Made by a program: the position numbers and the translations under genes. A model generated the notes under the pieces. It made no database searches. It had not been told where the DNA came from and saw only the letters and a list, made by a program, of their open reading frames with translations. This document shows positions 40,238 to 63,695 of a stretch of 64,000 bases of DNA, in pieces. This DNA comes from the human T2T-CHM13v2.0 reference genome, Homo sapiens. The stretch's first letter is position 1. Every line of letters starts with the position of its first letter. The DNA lies in the NCBI RefSeq assembly GCF_009914755.1, contig NC_060929.1; one strand, given 5' to 3'.

Positions 40238-41344
40238 CTATTTTTTCTTAGATGGCTCTGTTGCCCAGGCTGGAGATCGATAGTGCGATCTCAGCTCACT
40301 GAAGCCTCAACCTTCCAGCCTCAAGCAATCCTCCCACCTCAGCCTCCTGAGGCTGAGACTATAGGTGTGCAACACCATACCCAGCTAATTTACAATTTTT
40401 TTTTTTTTTTTGGCAAAGATGACATCTCTGTATGTTACCCAGGCTGGACTGGAACTCTGGGCTCAAGCCATCCTCCTGCCTCACCTCCTGAAGTGTTGGG
40501 ATTACAGGTATGTGAATCACTGCACCCTTCCTGAATTTCCATTTTTCAGATAAGCTCAGACAAGGAATTTATTTAAGAGTAAGAGATTCATGATGAAACA
40601 AATATGATATCTTAGATTATCTTAAGATTCTCTGCATGCCCATAGTTTAGTTTAAATCAATCAAAAACAGTTACAAAAATACCTTTGTCAAGCACTGGGC
40701 TGAGTATGGGATGTTACCATAGTCTGTTTGTGGGACATAAAATTGTAATTATAATCCTGTGTGGTAAGTGCAACACCAGGAACATGGATACACAGATTCA
40801 CTGGAGTGGCGTCTGGACTCCAGATTCTAGAGGAGTAATTCTACACTGATTAGTAACCGCTGGCTTTAAAGGTGAGATTTGTTACTTGTAGAAGCTGATT
40901 TCATCTGGGATGGACATAATTGCTCCCAGTGCCAATGAAACCAAGCTTCCAGGACCAATCCCACATTTAAGGTTTTTTTTTTTTTTAAATTAATTAATTA
41001 ATTAATTAATTATTTTTCAGAGACAAGTTCTCCCAGGCTGGTCTTGAACTCCTGGGCTGAAGGGATCCTCTTGCCTTTGACTCCCAAAGTGCTAGGATTA
41101 TAGGTTTGAGCCATCACACCTGGCCTCCAAATTTAGTTTTATTCTGGGGGTTGACAAACTCTTTTGGAAAGAGTCAGAAAATAAATATTCTAGGCTTTGT
41201 GGGCCACACTCAGTCCTTGCCAGGGGCATACAGTGAGTCACGCTACACTGCTCTCTGAATCTTAGGAATGGCCCTAAAGCCGTCAGAAGAGATCTCAAAT
41301 AGGAATGTCATTGAAAAAGGACCAAAATTCAAACATGTTGAAGT

Positions 41345-41752
41345 GTGGTGGACTGTGTTTTTCTTCTCATTGGCTGCCCTATGTGGAGGGTTGAACACAT
41401 CCACTCCTGCCATGGGGTTGCTCTGTCTACCCTGTGGGTGAATTTACTTCCCCACACACTGATCTCAAGCATGGCCACACAGCCTGCTTCCATAAAATGT
41501 CAGTGGGAATGTGGTGTGCCTCTTCCCAGCGGATACTGAAGAGCCATTGCGTGCTCTTGTCATTTGCCTTCTCCTTCCCCAAGATCAACATGGCCCAGGT
41601 GAGCTTGATCCCAGAATGAAGACACACAGAGCAGAGTCACAGCTCTCAGCTGACCTGGAAAATAAATAAGAATTAAACCTTTGTTCTTAGAGGCCTGTGA
41701 GATATTTTTTTTTTGGCTGCCACTGCATAATCTAAGAAAGCTGACTAGTACA
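41345..41752 (+). mobile_element. Old MLT1-type LTR
   Basis: TGTGGTGGACTG start and AAACCTTTGTTCTTAGAGGCCTGTGAGAT..GCTGACTAGTACA end. Confidence 0.6.
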
Positions 41753-43201
41753 CAAAGACACGTATACCCACTGAAGCTATTTCACTCTGGTCCCATACGT
41801 CTGAGCTAAGCAGGCATAGATCAAAATCATGGAGTACATTTTAACTTATGAATAAACTGTGAAAAATATAATTCTCAAATTATGTTTTTTTAAGAGATGG
41901 GAGTCTCACTTTGTGGCCCAGGCTGGTCTCGATCCTCCAGCCTCAGCCTCCCAAGATGCTGAGATTATAGGAATGAGCCATCACACCTGGCCTATAATTC
42001 TCAATTTTTAATTTTGTCTATAAAGTTGTTTCATTTTAAAGAAGAGGTAAAGCTTGCTATAGATTGCTCAGAGTTCTAAGCAAGGAAAGTTAGTAAAGTA
42101 GAATGAACAGGCCAGGTGTGGTGGCTCATGTCTGTAATCCCAGCACTTTGGGAGGCTGAGGTGGGCGAACTACTTGAGGACAGGAGTTTGAGACCAGCCT
42201 AGGTAACATAGTGAGACCGTGTCTCTAGAAAAATACAAAAATTAGCCAGGCATGGTGGCGGACACCTATAGTCCCAGCTACTGGGGTGACTAAGGCAGGA
42301 GGATCCCTTGAGCCCAGGAGGTGGAGGTTGCAGTGACCGAGATCACACACCACTGCACTCTGGCCTGGGTGACAGAGTAAAACCCTGTTTCAAAAAAAAA
42401 AAAAAAAAAAAAAAGAGGAACTGGTATGCATATCAAACTAGTGTCAGAATAGCTGATTCTCCAGGAAACCCAGAGAATAGTGAACTCAACGAAACTGTTG
42501 CCGTAAAAATAATCTGTTTTTATGAATAAAGGATAGCTAAAAATGAATTAGCAACACCAAAACTATTTCTAAATAATGATCTGTAAATAATAAGCATAGT
42601 TTTAATTACTAGACTGAATGATAAAAGCCATCTATAGTGCTGGGCCCCGCTGGGGACCGTTTCAGAGCATCAGTTGCTCAAAAATGACTGTACCTTCCAG
42701 TGTTAAGATCTGTATCTTTGGATTCCAGAGTCAATTCAGGATTTCATCCCTGCCAGTTAATGGATATCCATGATGAACTTTTCATCTGGGTGTGCTTTTG
42801 CAGATTGCTCTTACGGGGCTAAACATATTGATTAATAGTAGTAACTGACATTTACTGAATAGTTACATGTGCCAAGTATTGTGTTAAGTGCTTCAGGTGC
42901 CTTCTTCAAGATCAAGGGGACCCTTAACCCTGGACCGACTGTAAAGCAGGTACTGTTATTAATTATTTCTAGCTGCAAAACGAGGAAGCTTAGGCGTAGA
43001 GATATTAATTTACCCAAAGCTTCACAGCTTATGGTCAGGATTTGAATTCAGGTCGGTCTGACCCCGGACCTCATGCTCTGGCTTGGAGGGCACCACCACC
43101 TTGTGTTTAGCTGTCTCTTTCTCTCTCTGCTGCTGCTGCTGCTGTGAGGCCACGGGACCTCATAAAAGCTAAATGAGATCACATCTGTGAAAGCCCTTTG
43201 A

Positions 43202-43678
<477 letters not shown>

Positions 43679-44577
43679 TAAGAAGTCCTGTTCATCCCAG
43701 AAGCTGGAGCTGGGGACTCAATCCCAACTGAATTTACAAGGGAGAGCTTGTCTTCTGGCCTCACACCTACTCCCAGGGTGAATTCGTTAGCACAGCATCT
43801 CATATTTTCTAGGGTAAGCATAATATGTGGCCTGAAAACCAACCCCTGGAGACCAGTCCCTTTGACTTCCAACACCTGATTTATTGGATCAAATGTCTAG
43901 CATTTCAGGCTGATTTTAAAAATGGAAACCAATCAGGAGGCAGAGGGTGCCCCTGGGATCTGAAACTGGTTTTTGTCCTCTTTTCAAGTAAGAACAAACT
44001 TAGGAGATTTATATTTAAATCAGTTGGGTGGAAACCTCATGAAGGACGAGCTAAGGTTTGAAAGTGGAAGGTGAGAAGCAAATGCATTTTCTGGGTTATC
44101 GCAGGGAGAGTTCATACTCCACTCAGCTTAGGAGAGCTTGCAGCCAGGCTTTCAGGGGCTGGATTTAAATCAACATGTTTCATGCACTAGTGGTTTTCCA
44201 AAGTGGGGTCCCAAATCCATGAGCTAGCCCAGAACATAGCTCTGATTTTTTATGGAGTTGGGCCATCTATGACTTTTATAGACCTGGGAATGTAATAGGG
44301 TGCTTAATTGTGAAAGGCTTAAGATCAGAGGTGGGGGGGAAGAGACAGGAATAGAAGAGAGAGAGAGATGAATGAATGAGGGAGAGAAGGAAGGAAGAAG
44401 CTTAGGATTTGAGACGGATGAGGAATATGTTGCCCTCAACATCAGGTTGGAAAAGAACCCAAAACCAAAAAGCAGTCAAAAAAATCTAGTATTGAATTAC
44501 AAACAATATATTTGTTCTTTCACTTAAGATTCTTGTTCTTTTAATTTCCAACTTCAAGGTATGAAAATAGGCTTTCA

Positions 44578-45954
<1,377 letters not shown>

Positions 45955-46719
45955 TTAGTGACAATTTTAATACATCCTGAATTATTTCCTTTATTTAAAA
46001 ATTAGCATGTTTATGGTACTGTATATCATATGCATCCCTTGTTTTCTCATTGTTATTTTACCAAGAAAAGCAAGTGTGCTTTCAGCATTAGGATATATTT
46101 GATGAGCATGTCATCCACTTGGTAGTAATGGGACTCTGAACCAGCTTGCATACGTTTATCAGACTTAGTAAGAGATAAAAACATCCTATTCTAGTCCATG
46201 GATAAGGCAGAACTAGAGTCTTAGACTTGCTTTCATCAGCTCTACTTCTGCCAGGATTTTGGCTCTTCAGGCTGTATCAAATGACAAGAGTTGGCTTTTA
46301 ATATAAAAGTTCCAGTCATTGCTATTATTGAAATGCTGCCTATATTCACTTCTACCACCCACGCTTTTGAAAATTGGCAGCAGAGGGAAACTTGAACTAC
46401 TCTTTAGAATCATGCAATAGAAGGAGGAGAAGTTTACCTTGTAATTGTGGGAGGAAACGGCTGAGGAAGTGTCAAACTGCATAAATCCAACAGAAGGGCG
46501 AGGCCGCACTCCACTCCGGTTGACTGCTAGGGATTATGAGGTAGCCGACATAGAGGCATGCGTTTTCATCCACATACATAGCATACATGAATTTGAGTGG
46601 AAATAGTGATGGAACAGATTTGTGCTGATTTCTAGTGGTCTGAATTTACAAAATGGAACTAATCTTTGCAGTGTTCAAGCAGAGTCTGAAGAAGGTGATT
46701 TTGGGAATGACATGAGGGT

Positions 46720-47728
46720 TGTAGGGACCAGCCCCCACAGGGTCGGTGGGTCTCTCCCCGTGTGCGGCGACGAGAGAGTGTAGAAATAAAGACACAAGAC
46801 AAAGAGATAGAAGAAAAGACAGCTGGGCCCGGGGGACCACTACCACCAATGCGCGGAGACCGGTAGTGGCCCCGAATGTCTGGCTGCGCTGTTATTTATT
46901 GGATACAAAGCAAAAGGGGCAGGGTAAAGAGTGTGAGTCATCTCCAATGATAGGTAAGGTCACATGGGTCTCGTGTCCACTGGACAGGGGGCCCTTCCCT
47001 GCCTGGCAGCTGAGGCAGAGAGAGAGAGGAGACAAAGAGAAAGACAGCTTACGCCATTATTTCTGCATATCAGAGACTTTTAGTACTTTCACTAATTTAC
47101 TACTGCTATCTAGAAGGCAGAGCCAGGTGTATAGGATGGAACATGAACGCGGACTAGGAGCGTGACCACTGAAGCACAGCATCACAGGGAGACGGTTAGG
47201 CCTCTGGATAACTGCTGGTGAGCCTGACTGATGTCAGGCCCTCCACAAAAGGTGGAGGAGCAGAGTCTTCTCTAAACTCCCGCGGGGAAAAGGAGACTCC
47301 CTTTCCCGGTCTGCTAAGTAGTGGGTGTTGTTCCTTGACACTTTTCGCTACTGCTAGACCATGGTCCGCCTGGCAACGGGCATCTTCCCAGACGCTGTCG
47401 TCACTGCTAGACCAAGGAGCCCTTCTGGTGGCCCTGTCTGGGCATAACAGAAGGCTCGCATTCTTGTCTTCTGTTCACACCTCACTATGTCCCCTCAGCT
47501 CCTATCTCTGTATGGCCTGGTTTTTCCTAGGTTATGGTTATAGAGCGAAGATTATTTTAATATTGGAATAAAGAGCAATTGCTACAAACTAATGATTAAT
47601 GATATTCATATATAATCATATCTAAGATCTATATCTGGTATAACTATTCTTGTTTTATATTTTATTATACTGGAACAGCTCGTGTCCTCGGTCTCTTGCC
47701 TCGGCGCCTGGGTGGTTTGCCGCCCACA
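46720..47728 (-). mobile_element. Solo LTR13 (HERV-K13/ERVK LTR), full length ~1009 bp
   Basis: Reverse complement starts TGTGGGCGGCAAACCACCCAGGCGCCGAGGCAAGAGACCGAGGACACGAGCTGTTCCAGTATAATAAAATATAAAACAAG and ends GGGGGCTGGTCCCTACA. The TSD is imperfect (AGGGT / GGGGT). Confidence 0.9.
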
Positions 47729-48429
47729 GGGGTTCTTATATCTGATGGGAATTTGGACTCAGTAACACTATTTACCTTGAGATTTTGTGAATTGCATGCC
47801 CCAGGCCTCCACAGACCTGCATTTTATATGCAAGAAGTACATGGCTGACATTCCATGTGTGTCCCTGGTTCACAGTGAGATTCTAAGTAAATGTGATTAA
47901 TGAATCTGAGCTAACGTGAAAACCGATGAAGTGAAATCTAAGGCTTTCCTGCTTTCTCCAGTGGAATATTCTTACCCTTCTGGAAACCGTGCACCTGCTT
48001 GGTGATTTAACCCAAACAAAGGATTCTGCTGGGGGATTTCTTAAGCAGGAGAGGAGAGCAAGCTCCTGAAAGATTTCACATATCTCTATAAACTCCACTC
48101 TGAAATTAGTTGCGTTCTGGAGGACGATGCTTTGTGCAACCTTCATGACTGTAGGGAATGATGTTTGTGGAGAATCAGAAGGTCTCTCTGTCTCTGTCTC
48201 TGTCTCTCTCTTTCTGGACTTACAATGGGTTTTGTATGTCAATGTGTACAGTGCACAGAAGATGGGGGCAGCAAGTGATATCTGAGCATCTGCCCCTCCC
48301 CGTGAAGTCTGCTTCTTTGGTCATGAAAGAGGGCACTCATGCATGATCGATGGCTCATCTAAGCGCCACAATAAATCTCCGATGGATCTTTCCACCCCTC
48401 GTCAGACTCCAGCTCCTCCCTTAACTCCC

Positions 48430-48640
48430 TTCCCAGGGAAATTCCTTTGGCTCAGTGCCTCAAGGTGGATAAATAGGCAGGAAGAGTGGGGCGCGCGTCA
48501 GGGACGTGCCTGTACTCTTCTTTCAGGAGGAAACTGCATCTGAAACCTAAGCCAGGAGGTGCCTGCCATGCGCTGCTGCTGCTGGGAGAGAGACTGTTAT
48601 AACCCAGAGGACAAAGAAGACAGTGAGGGGGAAACCCCGC
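48430..48640. promoter_or_regulatory. Candidate NF-kB-responsive element in unique sequence
   Basis: GGGAAATTCC (48436-48445) and GGGGAAACCCC (48628-48638), an ATAAATA box (48469-48475) and locally retained CpGs. Motif evidence only. Confidence 0.3.
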
Positions 48641-48777
48641 TGTGAGAATGCTGTGTAAATAGTGCGAGCATCATCTAACCATGCCTCTTTTCTGAAAAAG
48701 TCATGGCACTTGACTGAAACCCACTCAGATGGTCTGGAAGCAGATCCAGATCTTAGATACTAGAAAGTATCTAAGTA

Positions 48778-49005
48778 GCAGTGCAATTTTCTGCAATGAT
48801 GGGCGTGTTTAATATCTGCACTGACCCGGATGGCCGCCACTAGCCACAGGTTACTACTGAGCACTTGAAATGTGGCTAGTGCCACTGAGGAATTGGCTTG
48901 TTTCATTGACTTTTAATGAATTTACATTTATGTATGTATTTTTGAATTTAAATTAAAATGTGCAGAGTTGCACATGGCTAGTGGCTGCCACATTAGGTGG
49001 CATGG
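48778..49005. mobile_element. MER3-type DNA transposon
   Basis: TTCTGCAATGATGG..CCACTAGCCACAGG..GAGCACTTGAAATGTGGCTAGTG..CACATGGCTAGTGGCTGCCACATT. Confidence 0.75.
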
Positions 49006-49064
49006 TTTACAGGCATCTGTATAGGAGGCAGCCTAGACTGCTGCTCTGGAAAGACTTGTTCTCA

Positions 49065-52405
<3,341 letters not shown>

Positions 52406-52457
52406 TACATGACTTTTTTTTTTTTAATAGTATTCTATGCAACACTTTTTAACAAAT

Positions 52458-53105
52458 TGTGTAAACACATCACCTAGCATCACGTTAGGTGTGAGACTGA
52501 TGCTGAGGCTTTGTGTAAACACATCACCTAGCATCACGTTAGATGTGAGACTGATGCTGAGGCTTTGTGTAAACACATCACCTAGCATCACGTTAGGTGT
52601 GAGACTGATGCTGAGGCTTTGTGTAAACACATCACCTAGCATCACGTTAGGTGTGAGACTGATGCTGAGGCTTTGTGTAAACACATCACCTAGCATCACG
52701 TTAGGTGTGAGACTGATGCTGAGGCTTTGTGTAAACACATCACCTAGCATCACGTTAGGTGTGAGACTGATGCTGAGGCTTTGTGTAAACACATCACCTA
52801 GCATCACGTTAGGTGTGAGACTGATGCTGAGGCTTTGTGTAAACACATCACCTAGCATCACGTTAGGTGTGAGACTGATGCTGAGGCTTTGTGTAAACAC
52901 ATCACCTAGCATCACGTTAGGTGTGAGACTGATGCTGAGGCTTTGTGTAAACACATCACCTAGCATCACGTTAGGTGTGAGACTGATGCTGAGGCTTTGT
53001 GTAAACACATCACCTAGCATCACGTTAGGTGTGAGACTGATGCTGAGGCTTTGTGTAAACACATCACCTAGCATCACGTTAGGTGTGAGACTGATGCTGA
53101 GGCTT
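52458..53105. repeat. Minisatellite (candidate VNTR): 12 x 54 bp, unit TGTGTAAACACATCACCTAGCATCACGTTAGGTGTGAGACTGATGCTGAGGCTT
   Basis: 12 copies, identical except one G>A in copy 2 (52543). The ORF track shows the matching 18-aa periodicity. Confidence 0.98.
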
Positions 53106-53817
53106 TCCACACCCTTGCCATGGCTGACAATTCTGTGACCACTTGGACTATGTGGCATCGACATCCACAGCTGTCGGTTGCTGGCCCTGTCCTGCCTCAT
53201 CTTTTAGGAACAAAGGGCTGTGCCCCTCATCTCATTCATTCCACTCAGGGCCAGGTGGGTCAGAGGAAAAAATATTGTGGAGGAACTGAGCTAGGCTCTT
53301 CCTCTATACGGTGTCTTTCTGGAAGTTTATGTATTTTCTTTATGGCTGAGGTTCTAGGTACAGAGACACATTGCATGAAACCTTTATAACTGAATCTTCA
53401 CTACCCGTACCAATCGGTAAGTGAACTCCAGAAAAATGCCCAAGTTTAACCACTCTAAACACTGCCTTATTATCAGAATTCTAAATAGCGTGCCACCCTA
53501 TATGTGATCTGCAGTAAGACAAGCTTCCCCTGACAAATTGGTTGTGCAAGTAAGAGAGATTCCTTGAGATTTAAGGCTCTCCCTCTGGGTGAAGGTTACA
53601 TAGCTAGTAACAAAAGAGAAAGTTCTTTTGTTCCTTTAAAGCCAACACAGATATCAAATCCTTCACTTTAAGCTTATGAGTAAAAAGTGAAGAGATTCCT
53701 AAGCTACTGGGAATATTAGCTACCATTACTGATCATTTTCAAGGTACCCAGCATTGTTCTAAGGGCTTTGCATTTACTAACTCGTGTAATTCTCCTAAGA
53801 AGTGGGCACTACTATTG

Positions 53818-53896
53818 TTAGTTCCGTGCGAAAGTAATCGTGGTTTTTGCCACTGAAAGAAATGGCAAAACCGTGATTACTTTTGCACCAACCTAA
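53818..53896. mobile_element. MADE1 miniature mariner element (miR-548-type hairpin) inserted in a MIR
   Basis: TTAGTTCCGTGCGAAAGTAATCGTGGTTTTTGCCA-loop-TGGCAAAACCGTGATTACTTTTGCACCAACCTAA. Flanks match MIR (ACAGATGAGGAAACTCAGACAGAG). Confidence 0.92.
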
Positions 53897-54103
53897 TATT
53901 ATTGCCATCTAACAGATGAGGAAACTCAGACAGAGGGAAATTGAGTAGCTTGCCTAAGGACGCACAGCTAGCAGGAGGTAGAGTCAGGTTTCCAAGCCAG
54001 GCAGGAAGCCCCATACCTGTGCTAGTGAGCTGCTGGAGTGGCTGAAAGGAATTAGTATCTTTCTCCATTTTTTTTTTTTTTTTTGAGATGGAGTCTTGCT
54101 TAG

Positions 54104-54244
<141 letters not shown>

Positions 54245-54392
54245 TAGTAGACACAGGGTTTCACCATGTTGGCCAGGCTGGTCTCAAACTCCTGATCTCA
54301 GGTGATCCCCCCGCCTTGGCCTCCCAAAGTGCTGGGATTACAGGTGTGAGCCACCGCACCCGGCCTCTTTCTCCTTTTTTATCTCTTTTCTA

Positions 54393-54821
<429 letters not shown>

Positions 54822-55604
54822 TTAAAGCCATAAAATCAAAGTGAATTCCATTATTTTCATTTCTTCCAGATTTCTTTGTTCTCTTTGTTATCCTTCTTGC
54901 TGATGAGTTTATTATTATTATTTGAAAATGGTCTCAGGGCAAGCTTCTCTTTCTCAGCGTTCTTCCCTTTTACAATGGAACCCTGTCAGCATTTTCATCC
55001 TGCTTCCTCCTTATCTTTCTCATAGAAATGTAAATTCCATAATAGCACTGACCTTCTGCTTTGTCAATACTTTTAAGAAAGAACAGAAAAGCAAGCCACA
55101 ACTCGATACAGACATCCAACCTCTTGGCTTTTTAGCAGCAGGATTTGTTGGTTTGTGTAGAGATCATGCATCTTGCTGGAAGCACGTTTTACCCCTTAGT
55201 TTCAGGGGACCACCACAATGCTGCAGCAGAATCCAAAGAAGGGTTGCTACCTATGTGGGTCAAGATGACGGAAAGTGCAAAATCATATATCTGTTGTTAC
55301 AGTGGGGGCACTTTGCGGGGGGCGGTGGGGGTGTGGGTGGGAGAAGTGATCTGAAACCTTATGAGGTGAGGTTGTGTGCTGCTAAGGAGCATTTTTTTTT
55401 CTTTTTCTTTTCTTCTTCTTCTTCTTTTTTTTTTTTTTTTTTAGGGTCTTGCTCTGTCACCCAGGCTGGAATGCAATGGCTGATCTTGGCTCACTGCCAC
55501 CTTGACCTCTCTGGCTCAAGTGATTCTCCCACCTCAGCCTCTCGAGTAGCTAAGACCACAGGTGCGTGTCACCATGCCCAGCTAATTTTGTTAATTTTTT
55601 GTAG

Positions 55605-55952
<348 letters not shown>

Positions 55953-56318
55953 TAGTAGAACGGGGTTTCACCGTGTTAGCCAGGATGGTCTCGATCTCCT
56001 GGCCTCAGGTGATCCACCTGCCTCGGCCTCCCAAAATGTTGGGATTACAGGCGTGAGCCATTGCGTCCAGCCCACATTTTTTTTCTTAATCCCGGCCCTG
56101 GAAAACATTTTGATCTATAGAGGCATTTGTAAGGCTAGATGTCTTTGTACAATTTGTTAAGTAGTGTTCTGCAGACGATTGTAAAAATGGGTCAGGGAGT
56201 AGAAGGTGATATAAAGTATCCCAGAATATTGGTGAGGAAAGAAATCTGGAGTCATGTGTGGGAAGCACAGAAGGAAATTTTTAAGTATACAAGAAAGTTA
56301 AGAATGATAACTAGACTG

Positions 56319-56390
56319 CCTGTTCTGCCTGTGGAGTAGCCATTCTTTTATTCCTTCATTTTCTTAATAAACTTGCTTTCGCTTAAAAAA
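56319..56390 (+). mobile_element. Short poly(A)-tailed retrocopy of an LTR R-region (MER41-like) flanked by a 16 bp TSD
   Basis: AATGATAACTAGACTG at 56303-56318 and 56391-56406. The insert is CTGCCTGTGGAGTAGCCATTCTTTTATTCC..CTTAATAAACTTGCTTTCGCTT followed by an A-run. Confidence 0.8.
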
Positions 56391-56499
56391 AATGATAACT
56401 AGACTGATAAAGAAGACATTAGCAATGAATGAATTGGATGAGTAAATCTTCAGTCAGAATGAGAGACCTGCTTGCTGTTGAATCTCTTGGAGGTCAGTC

Positions 56500-57320
<821 letters not shown>

Positions 57321-58317
57321 GGCCATGGTGAGAGAACGGCTGTATAGCTATAAAAACTCTCTTCCAGATTTGCAAAATGTCGATGAGAATAACTGCTTTA
57401 AAATATCTTTATAGAATACTCTATCCAGTTAAAAGAAACAAAAGTTTGGCATGATCTTCAAATAACCCAAGGGGGAGAAAAATATTAGGCAAATATAAAC
57501 AGCATTGCATTCAAGAGGTGAAGTTGAGACATGCTTTCAATCTAGCCTCTGCAACAGCCAAGTCATCACAGCGCAATCAAATCCAGCTGGGACCACGGAA
57601 GATGACTCCATATCCTGTGGATACTCTGCTTGGCACAATGTGGGTGGGAGCCAATGAGGGCTGGATGGATGGAGGCCCTGAGACTGCTGCCAACCCTTGT
57701 TCAGAGCTAGTGGAAACTTCTGACTCTGAAGTCTTCTTTGCAGCTGGAAATGGGGAAAGGACTTAGGGAAGGTGCTGAAGCTGGCTTGGATAAGGCAATG
57801 TCCCACTGGAGCTATTTCTGAGCATTTTATTATTACTCAAATCCGTCTTCCCTCCCCCTTTTTTTTAATTGGTAAGTTTTTATGCTGGTAATAATAGGTG
57901 ATGCTTATTCATTAATTTACAATGTGCCAGGTACTATGTTAAACTTATCATATTCATTATCTTACTAATTTAAGCCTTCACAACAGCCCAATGTGGGAGG
58001 TGATATTATTATTGCCCACAATGTTTAGAAGTGGGAACACAAGTTTAGAGACTTGCATAATTCCAGTTAGTTAGTAGCACAACTGAGATTCATCAGAATC
58101 CAGCTCATCAGAATCCAGTCTGTGCATTTGAACAATAGCACACTGTCTCTGACTGTTACTTGCCAAGCATCTACGTGAGGAGTTGCCCAAATGGCGGCAA
58201 AGTCTGTTCTTACTTGGTTTCCTTTTAATATACATTGGCAGACGTTTTGCATCGCCATGAGGTCTGCTGACTCCCAGTGCAGGAAATCAGTAGCCACAAG
58301 GTATTAGACTGATGTGA

Positions 58318-63237
<4,920 letters not shown>

Positions 63238-63695
63238 TACAATCTCCATTTCTTATAACGAATTCATTCAAACTATGTGTTAAGGGGAAGAAGATAAGTA
63301 ATCATAGTTCTTGCCCAGAAGGAGTAAGAACAGGAGTAAGAACGAAATGCTATGGACTCAGTACATATGTGTAAAGGCCATTAGCTCTATAACAATTTTA
63401 AGGTGAGGCAGGAGCTTCATTTGATTCTACAGGTTTAAGCCTTTTTATGTTTCAGTGTAAGATGTTTATTTTATGTAAGTCAATGTGTGATAATGTTAAA
63501 TCCATGCAAGGAAGACACAGGCAGCTCAGTGGTTGGCTTTGGGGAGCAAAGGATGAAAGGAAAGCTGCTGTGCAGGCTGGAAGGGAGAGGACAGGGGTTT
63601 TTTCTTAGGAATCTTGGGAATTTTCTCAAGCTTCTTGGCTGCTCTGAGGAAGTAGTTTGACCTTTGCCTGGCTGCTCAGTATTGGAATGAGATCC

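Noticed and set aside
52458-53105. CRISPR-like appearance of the palindromic repeat array
   Set aside because: There are no unique spacers (units abut directly), no cas genes, and the context is primate.
52424-53200. 258 aa (-) and 233 aa (+) ORFs made of 18-aa repeats
   Set aside because: They are open only because a stop-free 54 bp unit is a multiple of 3. There is no synonymous divergence, splice context or recognisable domain.
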